IMG/VR virus record: IMGVR_UViG_3300024346_000043
Length of the DNA stretch: 64,000 bases
Source: an uncultured virus (IMG/VR IMGVR_UViG_3300024346_000043)
Lineage: Duplodnaviria; Heunggongvirae; Uroviricota; Caudoviricetes
Strand: one strand, 5' to 3'
Part shown: one piece after another, positions 55,907 to 64,000 of the stretch
Layout: each line of letters opens with the position of its first letter
Numbering within the stretch: the first letter of the stretch is position 1
The notes under the pieces: model-generated
Database searches by the model: none
What the model was told of the DNA's origin: nothing
What the model saw: the letters and a program-made list of their open reading frames with translations, nothing else
Translations under genes and position numbers: made by a program

Positions 55907-58900
55907 TTATGTAATAGTTTTAACAACTATTGTTCCAAGAGTACTTGCAGTACTGTAATTATTTGTTCTGTCTACAGTTCTACAGGCTACTCTATATGTA
56001 ACACCTGCTGCTGAAATTCTTGGCGCAGATTGATCTCGTAGATCAAATCGAGCGTCGCCAGTACTACGAATAATTTTAATATTATTTACGGTAGTATCTA
56101 GTTCCCAAAAATCTGAAGAACCTGTGTCTTTGTATAGTCTATACTCGTAAGTTAAAAAGTCTTTCTCTTGCGTAACTACAGAAGGCTTTGCCACAATAAA
56201 TGTATGATCTAAATCCATAGTCAGTGCTGGTGCTACTGATGCACTGATATTTTTACCATCATTTAAGAAAGTAAGAGTATCAGACCAAGGGCCTGCAATA
56301 CTGTCTGTTGAATCTAAATATCTGGCTCTTATTTTATATACTACGTCAGAAGTTAGTCCAGTAAATGTAAATCCGCTAGTTTCTTTATTTGTAATATACA
56401 CAGTATTAGGGCTAGTATCATTAAATAATATTTCGCTTCTAACTATATCAAATTGTACCTTTGTTGCTACACCAGGTAAATTTGGTGGATTTGAAAAAGA
56501 AGCAATAGCAATATTCTGATAGTTGCCTATAGAAATTTGTTCTGCTAATGGGCTAGTACTATTAACACTAGTTATAATTGGAGGTAATGTAATAGAATTT
56601 TTTACCAAATCTGTATTAACACTAGTAATATTAGCATTAAACACTAGTAACCCGCTTAAATCGTCTGTATATATCTGTGAAGAATAATCTGCTAACGTTA
56701 ATTTTGCACTATAGTTATTACTAGGTTCTACGACTATAACAATACATTCTTGTGTTGTTTTATTTAGTTCGCCTAACATAAATAAATTATCTACTTCAAC
56801 AATGTCGCTGCCAGTAATTGCAGATGTTAACGTAATACTGTCTGTATATCCAGTAGTAGTAATAACAGCTAGAGTTTTTGTCACGCTGCCAGCACCAGAA
56901 CTATTTAAATTATTTGTTCTAAATAGTATAGTATAAGTTTTTCCAACTTCTAGGTATGCTGCTTCTGTGAGAGTAATTGTTGTTCCGTTTACAGATTTAA
57001 CTCTGCCAGTACCAGTGCCCCAACGAGGAACATCGTGAGTAATTTTTACCAAATCTCCACGAGTACAAACCAACTGTTCAAAATCAACATTTAAACTATA
57101 AGTTTCTGGACGTAATTTAATTTGAGCAAAATGCCATCTAGCTAATCGCGTAGCTTGATCTGCATTTGTTACTCCTGGCAAAGAAAGTTGTTCAAATAAT
57201 TCTGCTGCTTTTTTACCACTAACAGCTGTTGCAGCATATCCATAATTATATATAATTAGTTCATTGGCTTGATAAGCTAGCGATTCATCAGGAATAGTAA
57301 CTCTAAATGCATGCGGTAATATAGGAAGGTTTTTTGTAGACTCAAAACCCCAGCTGTTATGTGGTGTAAAGTGTTGAGTTGTGTAAGCTCTTGGCTGATC
57401 TATTACAACGCCCCATTTACCATCTACATATGTAGGGCTTGCTAACCCTGCTGCACATATATCTCGCAATGTATCCATTACGCTTTGTGTACTTGTTAAT
57501 ACACTATTATAAGTATATTTTGGACAATATACAGCAGTACCTGTTCCGCTACCAACTCCGGTAGCGTAAAAACTTTCACCAATATTGTTAGATCCTGCGC
57601 CAATCGCAGTCCAGCTAGTAGTTCCTACAGAATTAATAGTATAGTATCTACCTACTACAAAACTTCCTGCGGTAATTGTTAATGGAACAGGGTTGCAGAA
57701 GTTGTGCCAAGCAGTTAAACTGGTTAAATCAAGCTGCGAGAGTTTGGTAACTCTAAATGCATTGGCTGGATGCATTAGTACATATAAAAATAAACTTGCG
57801 GGATTATTAGTAGGGTGTTTTGGCCCTGTCCAAGAACTAGTTGCTCTATTATAGTCCCAAGTAATTGTTTGCACTAATGCATTAACTCCGTCGACAGTAC
57901 CATTTACTTTATTAGTACTTTGTATCCTTACAGCAGTTTTGGCTAAGTGACATCCCGGAGGATTAACCATTGGGCTAGCTTTACTGTCATAGCTAGTTAC
58001 GTTACTTAATACTGCTTTATGATATTTACGATAATCTGTTTCGTCTTCTGTTTCGTCACTAGTTAAACGTCTAACACGTATTTGATACCTTCCACGTGTT
58101 AAATTTTCTAAAGGGTGTACATAATTAAAAGCATCTTTTCTATTTTCATAGAAACCAGATGTACCGAAAGTAATAATAGTATTAGCAGCTGCACGTATAT
58201 TTAAACCAGTATTTGCAGTAAATCCAATAACAACACCTATAGCGGCTAATCCACCTTGGCTATTTCTACCTACTATAACTATTGTATGTGAACCTTTAGT
58301 AAGTTTAACAGAAGTTTCTACATAACTACCATACCCACCTTTAGGCAAACTTGCAACTTTAGTTCCATCAATGTATACTTCACCTTCGTCATCTGCTGAT
58401 GCTTGAACAGTATAATATCCTGTGTACGGAAAATTTACATTTGACTCAGTATGTGTCCATTCAGCAAGGCCACTAGTACTAGACCATACAGAAGTATTCT
58501 TTAATAGATTACACCAATTTCCATAACTTCCAGGTATAACTACAGTAGACCCAATAGCAGCTATCTGTCTTGTTGTCCAGATTGTTTCATTGGCACCAGC
58601 TGCCACACTTGTAGCAGTTTCGGAGTATAGTTTACCAGCTTTAATACTTATTTTCTTTGTTGCTGAGTCAACCCATTCTCCGTTAAAATCAACAAGTTCT
58701 AGTGGTGTTACTGTTTGGGTTAATCCTATTACGCCTGCATAACTATTTATAGCAGTATTATCAACAGTTGCTGTGCCATTACTGGTTTGATACACAGTAT
58801 ATAGTTTTATATATCCTGTTGGAATAGTAGGTAAATAGTTCCAATCTTTGTTTATACCTAATAAATAGCTATAACTAGTGCTGTTGTATTTATCTTGTAA

Positions 58901-60490
58901 CCATGTGCTAGCATTACTACCAAGTGTATCTGTAACAGTCCCGTCAAATCTGGCAATACCACCGCTAGGACTCAGGCAAAAGATACTATATCTATATAAA
59001 TTAGTTTCAGAATCTGGGTCTGCTGGTGGTGTTAGTATAGAAGTATATGCTTCGGCATCTAAAGTGGCAGCGTCTGCGTTACCGTTTTTATATATACCTA
59101 AACTAGTAGTGCTTGTTGTTGCATCCCATGATAACGTACTATAAGGTCGTGTTTGTAATTCTATTTGACAAGGAGTTGCGCTTGCTTTTCCATCTTTAAC
59201 ATTAATTTTACGCATGCCTTCTGGAAAGGTAAAAGCAATATCTATAGCGTCAGCATCTTGAGTAAGGGTTACTTCAGTCCATGCATTGCCATCAATTGCA
59301 TTATTTACTAATTCAACATTTTTAAATTGTTGTTCAACATCACGACCATATAGATTATCAAAGTCAGCAGTTGATTCTCCAGCAATTCCTTTTAATGTAA
59401 CTGGACGTAATACTGTAGAGGGTAGCCCGTCATAGTACGTTTCTATTGCATTACCACCAATACAGATATCACTAACGTCAAGCGGCCCAAAACCCCATAC
59501 AATAGCAGTGTTTAAAATGCTTGTATCTTGTAATGATTTTACATAAGGTGTAGCTCCTAACATACCTGTAAAGCGTACCTTACCTAATACAACTGGGATA
59601 GCTCCAAATTTATTTGCTTGATTGCTAGAACCTGTAAATAAATTAAGTGCTGCAGCACTTCCAGGATCATTGCTGGTTGGCTGACGAACTGGAGCAATAG
59701 CATTAACTAGTGCCATGCCTGCCATGTTAATAGCCATTTGACCCACTGCAGTTTGTGTAGCTACAGTAGCGTTCGGTAAAAGCATTGCTCCAACATCTGG
59801 ACCAAAGTTAAGTGCAACAACCAATACAGCTACCATTAAAAGTAGTCGACGTGTGGAACCGCCTTCGGCAATGCTTTTATACGATACTTGTTGATCTTTG
59901 CGTAGTACAGTTGTTGTCCAATCTTTTTGTGGAACTACAATACCATCAACTACAATTACAATTTTATCAACAAGCGTTTTACTTACTTGATACTTGTCGT
60001 GCACAAAGTCAACCAAATTTTGGACTGTAGTACCTTCTACAGTCCAATCTAAATTAGTACTCATTCTTAAGGGATGAGGTGCCCCTACAACTGCTATTTG
60101 AGCTTGTGTTGTATATTTATAAAATCCTACAAAGCGGTTTTTCCACTTAATATTATCTAGGGATTCAATTACTGAATCCATGCCTTCGCGACAGTGTAAA
60201 AATTTACTATCACCTATGTATATACCCACGTGAGTAGGCTCGCCCATAATATTGAACAGACACAAGTCCCCAACATTAGGTGCGTTTAATTGTTCCCAGT
60301 TATCTATATGTGCGTTAACTATGGAAACAATGGCAGGATCTTGCCCACCACTGTATTCTTGACTATAACTTGGTAGTTCAATATTAAGCTGATCTTTGTA
60401 ATATAGTCGAGCTAATCCCCAGCAGTCTACACCAGCTTCAGTTCTGCCGTTTTCAAGGTAAGGTAACCCGATATATTTGTCATAATTCAT
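55907..60490 (-). CDS. Fused tail-tip protein: NlpC/P60 (K-like) + I-like + J-like hub
   Basis: GVDCWGL...HVGIY...FLH; GAIPVVLG; IAFTFPEG; YQIRVRRLT; TNNPA; RGDLV; C-terminal FN3-like region. Confidence 0.85.
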   Translation of the reverse strand: MNYDKYIGLPYLENGRTEAGVDCWGLARLYYKDQLNIELPSYSQEYSGGQDPAIVSIVNAHIDNWEQLNAPNVGDLCLFNIMGEPTHVGIYIGDSKFLHCREGMDSVIESLDNIKWKNRFVGFYKYTTQAQIAVVGAPHPLRMSTNLDWTVEGTTVQNLVDFVHDKYQVSKTLVDKIVIVVDGIVVPQKDWTTTVLRKDQQVSYKSIAEGGSTRRLLLMVAVLVVALNFGPDVGAMLLPNATVATQTAVGQMAINMAGMALVNAIAPVRQPTSNDPGSAAALNLFTGSSNQANKFGAIPVVLGKVRFTGMLGATPYVKSLQDTSILNTAIVWGFGPLDVSDICIGGNAIETYYDGLPSTVLRPVTLKGIAGESTADFDNLYGRDVEQQFKNVELVNNAIDGNAWTEVTLTQDADAIDIAFTFPEGMRKINVKDGKASATPCQIELQTRPYSTLSWDATTSTTSLGIYKNGNADAATLDAEAYTSILTPPADPDSETNLYRYSIFCLSPSGGIARFDGTVTDTLGSNASTWLQDKYNSTSYSYLLGINKDWNYLPTIPTGYIKLYTVYQTSNGTATVDNTAINSYAGVIGLTQTVTPLELVDFNGEWVDSATKKISIKAGKLYSETATSVAAGANETIWTTRQIAAIGSTVVIPGSYGNWCNLLKNTSVWSSTSGLAEWTHTESNVNFPYTGYYTVQASADDEGEVYIDGTKVASLPKGGYGSYVETSVKLTKGSHTIVIVGRNSQGGLAAIGVVIGFTANTGLNIRAAANTIITFGTSGFYENRKDAFNYVHPLENLTRGRYQIRVRRLTSDETEDETDYRKYHKAVLSNVTSYDSKASPMVNPPGCHLAKTAVRIQSTNKVNGTVDGVNALVQTITWDYNRATSSWTGPKHPTNNPASLFLYVLMHPANAFRVTKLSQLDLTSLTAWHNFCNPVPLTITAGSFVVGRYYTINSVGTTSWTAIGAGSNNIGESFYATGVGSGTGTAVYCPKYTYNSVLTSTQSVMDTLRDICAAGLASPTYVDGKWGVVIDQPRAYTTQHFTPHNSWGFESTKNLPILPHAFRVTIPDESLAYQANELIIYNYGYAATAVSGKKAAELFEQLSLPGVTNADQATRLARWHFAQIKLRPETYSLNVDFEQLVCTRGDLVKITHDVPRWGTGTGRVKSVNGTTITLTEAAYLEVGKTYTILFRTNNLNSSGAGSVTKTLAVITTTGYTDSITLTSAITGSDIVEVDNLFMLGELNKTTQECIVIVVEPSNNYSAKLTLADYSSQIYTDDLSGLLVFNANITSVNTDLVKNSITLPPIITSVNSTSPLAEQISIGNYQNIAIASFSNPPNLPGVATKVQFDIVRSEILFNDTSPNTVYITNKETSGFTFTGLTSDVVYKIRARYLDSTDSIAGPWSDTLTFLNDGKNISASVAPALTMDLDHTFIVAKPSVVTQEKDFLTYEYRLYKDTGSSDFWELDTTVNNIKIIRSTGDARFDLRDQSAPRISAAGVTYRVACRTVDRTNNYSTASTLGTIVVKTIT

Positions 60491-61032
60491 TAGAATAATC
60501 CTGGAAAATAACTAGGTGTAAAATTAAAACTTGGGAACGGTTCTTTGTTATAACTAACCATACTTAGATTTAAAGTAATAGCTTCAGCATTATAAGTTAC
60601 ATTGTTTATGTAAAACTCAGAAAAACTAGCCTCTACATAATTAGGTGTACTAGATAATACTAATTCTATTAGTACCTTTGTTTGAGAAAACAAGTGTGCT
60701 CTAACAAGTTCAATAGCTTCTGGAGTTACATAATTTAACGTAATAGAACACTCACCAACTCCTGTTTCTTGCTCAGCAGGCAAATTAAGTTGCATTGGTA
60801 AAAATATAAATTCATTACTACGACTTGTTACGCCGTATATTACTTCTGCGTCTGTTGTTGCTGACAATCTACCTATATAGCCATCTGCTAATCTAACAGG
60901 TGTAGTCGTTGCGGCTGGATCTGTAGAACCATTAGGATCAAAAATAGTAAATAGCATAATAAGCTGTTGATCCGTCTCGGACGAAAACATAGCTTTAATA
61001 GCAGCTGAAGATAATGTATTAATGCGACTCAT
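60490..61032 (-). CDS. Minor tail protein, DUF1833/gpL-position
   Basis: GVTSRSNEFIFLPMQLNLP and C-terminal EPFP...FTPSYFPGLF; lies between the distal tail gene and NlpC/P60. Confidence 0.75.
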   Translation of the reverse strand: MSRINTLSSAAIKAMFSSETDQQLIMLFTIFDPNGSTDPAATTTPVRLADGYIGRLSATTDAEVIYGVTSRSNEFIFLPMQLNLPAEQETGVGECSITLNYVTPEAIELVRAHLFSQTKVLIELVLSSTPNYVEASFSEFYINNVTYNAEAITLNLSMVSYNKEPFPSFNFTPSYFPGLF

Positions 61033-61391
61033 GGCAATATTTCAAACTTTAAAGATGTTTTCCAGTAACCGGGAGCTAAATATTCTAAACCGTAAAATTC
61101 TCCCTCACCTTGAGGAACTATTCTGGCTTCGACTGTAGTATAGGTTCTAGGGTGTGGAAAACTAAATCGTTTAACACCTACTAGCGTATCTTTAATAAAA
61201 GTTTCTAGTGTGTTAGTTTGTGCTGTTGTTAGGATAAAGGAAAGGTCCATTGTATTAGGACGCTTTCCTCTGTTTCTCATTTTTGCAGGTCCGGCATCCA
61301 TTGGAGAACGTATGATGTTCTGTCCAACGGATTCCTTAAAACCTTTTTGAGGTGATTGTGGTAAGGTTGCAGGCCAAATTGGTATTGCCAT
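61029..61391 (-). CDS. Distal tail protein (gpM/Dit position)
   Basis: WPATLP...IRSPMDAGPAKMR...F...L..G...F.FPHP; directly after tape measure. Confidence 0.75.
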   Translation of the reverse strand: MAIPIWPATLPQSPQKGFKESVGQNIIRSPMDAGPAKMRNRGKRPNTMDLSFILTTAQTNTLETFIKDTLVGVKRFSFPHPRTYTTVEARIVPQGEGEFYGLEYLAPGYWKTSLKFEILP

Positions 61392-61393
61392 AT

Positions 61394-64000
61394 TTATCTC
61401 CTTGCAACAGCAGGTTTATTACCATAGTTGCTTGATAGTGATTGTTGAACGGAACTTCCAGGGCGTGAAAGTTCACTAGCAACCATATCGCCTACGATTA
61501 CTTCAATTCGGCGATTTCCACGTGAATCAGTAGTTTCCTTAGTTGTAGCTTTTTCGTTTCCGTAATTGTTAACAACTACGTCTACATTGCCACCACTATT
61601 GCCAGGCCCTCGAACTCCAAGATTGCCATTGCTATCGCGCTTTAGGGGCATAATGGCTTCTGGTCCTGCTTCACCCATTAGTCCAGTACCTTGTGCAAAT
61701 TTAAATAGTGTAGGTTGATTTACAACTGAGTTTGTAAACATTCCGCCTTGAGCAAAAGTTCTAAGTCCAGTGTCGTATGCTCCACCTTTAGCTAAAGAAT
61801 TACCCATTACGCTGCCGCCAACTAAATCTACTAATCTAGAAGGATCTGCTGTAATTGAGCCTACTCCGCCGGTAAACATATTCATCATACCTTGCAATCC
61901 TCCTACACCTTTGAAAAGTGAAGACATTTGCGCACGTAGTTCAAATCGGATTAACTCTACTATCATTGAATCCACTAAACCTTTAAAGTCAAGCTTACCG
62001 GTTCTAGCAAAATCAGCTAAAGCATCTGCCATACTTTGGAAACTGCCTTCTACAATTTTGGAGAAACCAGTCATCTTACTACCTAACTTTTCATTTAGGT
62101 CAATTGCATTTAGCTTTTGCTTATTAGTAGCATCTAATGCTGTGCTTTGTGCAGCTATAGACCTAGTCATCTCATCTACTGATTCGCGCTTTTCAGTTGC
62201 TGTTAAAATACCGTCAGACTCAATATCTTGTATTTCTTTCTCAAGCAAAGATTTTTTAGCTATTTGTTGGTTTATAAGAGTTTGTCCTTCTGCAGTTTCT
62301 CTACCTACACGACTTCTGTCTAAATCAGCTTTTTCTTTAACAAACTCAAAACTAGTAACTAAACCAAGTTCTTTTCTGTAGTTTAATTCGTCTTCTGCTT
62401 GTTGACCTCTGGCATCAGCTGTGGTTTTTGCAAATCCTGCTAATTTTTGTTCTATGTCAAGACGTGCTTCTAATAATTTTAAAGCGTCTTGTAAACCTTT
62501 GTTTTCTTTTTCTTTTTCTTGTCTCTGAGTAACTAGTGCTAACTCTGTTTGTTTTAAAGCAATGCTTTTAGTATTATCTCTCTTTTTATCTTCTTCAAGT
62601 AGTACAAGCTCATCTGTAATCTTTTTCAGTTCAAGTGCAAACTTATTTTCAAGCTTTTTATTTTCAAGAGTTGTAGTTGCTAAAACATTTTGTTCTGTTG
62701 AAAAACCAACTAAACTGTTAATTATACCTACTCTAGCTAAGTCTTGATCTAGTAATGCTTCGTTTAGTGCGCTAAGTTTAGTTGCAACATCAAGCTCAGT
62801 TGTTTTTAATTTAAGTCTGTCTGCTATAGGTTTGTTATCATTTTCTTCTTTTTGACGCTCTCTAACTAACACTAAAAGTTTATTTAGTGTGTCGGCTTCG
62901 TCTCTGCCTTTATCTGTTCCGAGAGCTTGTGCATTAGTAATAGCTGTAGTATATCCTTCTATTTCTTGTAACTGCTTAGATTTTATAGATGTATTTTCTA
63001 AATCTATTTTTTCTTGTACTCGTTGCGTGGCGTTAAGTGTGTCAATACTAGTTAAAATATCAAGTCCGGCTATTTTTTGTTGATTAATTTCGTTTCGAAG
63101 ATTACGTTCTTTGTTTAAATCGTCTAATCTTCCAAGTGCTGCTGCTCTGGCACCTTCGATCTCGTTAGCTTTACTTTTTCCGCCAAGTTCTGTTCTATTA
63201 GCTTCTTGAGCAGCAGTCTCTATTTGAACTTTTCCAATGTCTCGTAATAAAAATGCATCTACGTTTTTATCACCAGTTAGTCTGCTTTGTAAGTTAGATG
63301 TTTTTAACTTACCAGACTCTACGTCTTTCATTGCATTTTTAAATATACCTGCTGCTAATAGTTGGTCAGCTTTACCTTTTTGTACTGCTTCTGATTTATT
63401 ATCGTTTTTAGCTTGAATTAAATCAAGCATGGCAGTGTTTTCAGCCAAAGTTGCTGTTAATAATGTTTGACTAGTTATTAACCCAATAGTAGATTGGATT
63501 TGATTCATTTGAATCTTTATTTCTTCTTGCTTTAGTCTAGTAGTTTCTTGTGCAGCTCGTTCGCCTGTTAAAGCACCTATACCTGCTTGTGCAATAGTTA
63601 ATGCAGCTTTTGCGGAAGCTTGGCCTAAGGCTATTTTTATATAGTCTGAACCTTTTTCAAAAGCGTAAGTAACACCTTTAATAAATAAATCTTTAGCTTG
63701 TATAAAACTTTTTGTGTCTAAGCCTACTAAAATATCTTTTTTTGCTTTTTTATCTTGTTCAAGTAAATCTATTTCACTAGTAAAAGCAGCTCTTTTGCTT
63801 TCTGCACTAATTGTTTGATATACTGATGAACCCCGAGGACCCAGCATGCCTGGTACCACTTCGCGAGTATCTTTAGCATTTTTTCTTTGCTGTGTTTTCT
63901 TATCTATTTGGGCTTGTATCTTATTAATTTGTTGTTCGTATGCAGAATATTTTTCTAAAGTAGTTTGAAATTCTTGACGTATTGTAACAAATTGTGCTAT
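61394..64000 (-). CDS. Tail tape measure protein, 5'-truncated by window edge
   Basis: Long helical region; lambda-like C-terminus (DALADFARTGKLDFK, AKGG, GLMGEAGPEAIMPL); frame open to position 64000. Confidence 0.9.
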   Translation of the reverse strand: MAQFVTIRQEFQTTLEKYSAYEQQINKIQAQIDKKTQQRKNAKDTREVVPGMLGPRGSSVYQTISAESKRAAFTSEIDLLEQDKKAKKDILVGLDTKSFIQAKDLFIKGVTYAFEKGSDYIKIALGQASAKAALTIAQAGIGALTGERAAQETTRLKQEEIKIQMNQIQSTIGLITSQTLLTATLAENTAMLDLIQAKNDNKSEAVQKGKADQLLAAGIFKNAMKDVESGKLKTSNLQSRLTGDKNVDAFLLRDIGKVQIETAAQEANRTELGGKSKANEIEGARAAALGRLDDLNKERNLRNEINQQKIAGLDILTSIDTLNATQRVQEKIDLENTSIKSKQLQEIEGYTTAITNAQALGTDKGRDEADTLNKLLVLVRERQKEENDNKPIADRLKLKTTELDVATKLSALNEALLDQDLARVGIINSLVGFSTEQNVLATTTLENKKLENKFALELKKITDELVLLEEDKKRDNTKSIALKQTELALVTQRQEKEKENKGLQDALKLLEARLDIEQKLAGFAKTTADARGQQAEDELNYRKELGLVTSFEFVKEKADLDRSRVGRETAEGQTLINQQIAKKSLLEKEIQDIESDGILTATEKRESVDEMTRSIAAQSTALDATNKQKLNAIDLNEKLGSKMTGFSKIVEGSFQSMADALADFARTGKLDFKGLVDSMIVELIRFELRAQMSSLFKGVGGLQGMMNMFTGGVGSITADPSRLVDLVGGSVMGNSLAKGGAYDTGLRTFAQGGMFTNSVVNQPTLFKFAQGTGLMGEAGPEAIMPLKRDSNGNLGVRGPGNSGGNVDVVVNNYGNEKATTKETTDSRGNRRIEVIVGDMVASELSRPGSSVQQSLSSNYGNKPAVARR

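Noticed and set aside
22756..62747. Many short plus-strand or alternate-frame ORFs (e.g. 38727-39167, 46610-47026, 47770-48387, 61770-62381)
   Set aside because: Antisense shadows of repetitive, codon-biased minus-strand genes, with no independent signals
1..64000. tRNA genes, stop-codon reassignment or integrase
   Set aside because: Intergenic gaps are short with no cloverleaf noticed; the standard code gives dense full-length genes; no integrase in the window

Overview
This is a 64-kb, AT-rich fragment of a tailed dsDNA phage genome with T5-like (Demerecviridae-type) organisation. The host is probably Gram-negative, since the phage encodes two-component spanins. The plus strand (1-13.9 kb) carries a replication block in T5 order: DnaB-like helicase (partial), primase, family A polymerase, D10 helicase, D11 SSB, D12/D13 SbcD/SbcC, D14, D15 flap endonuclease and dUTPase, followed by a class II (B12-dependent) ribonucleotide reductase. 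A bidirectional terminator at about 13.9 kb separates this from the minus-strand genes. Read in their direction of transcription these are: tape measure (partial); a lambda-type tail tip (M-like, L/DUF1833-like, fused NlpC/P60-I-J); a large repeat fibre with a C-terminal autocleaving-chaperone-like domain; an LtfC/p132-like collar; about 30 kb of fibre/adhesin genes (GNVT stalk, GPT collagen-like protein, two ~2,000-aa proteins with eight LamG-like modules each, four glycine-rich adhesin-like proteins); a GT2-TPR glycosyltransferase; spanins, a GH19 endolysin and eight small membrane/exported proteins; and a phoH unit. The most notable signals are recurring terminal peptide motifs that suggest a plug-and-socket branched fibre, a collagen/GT2-TPR pair suggesting a glycosylated virion, and LamG cores that diverge between conserved linkers. 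All family assignments come from motif recognition by eye; no database searches were run.
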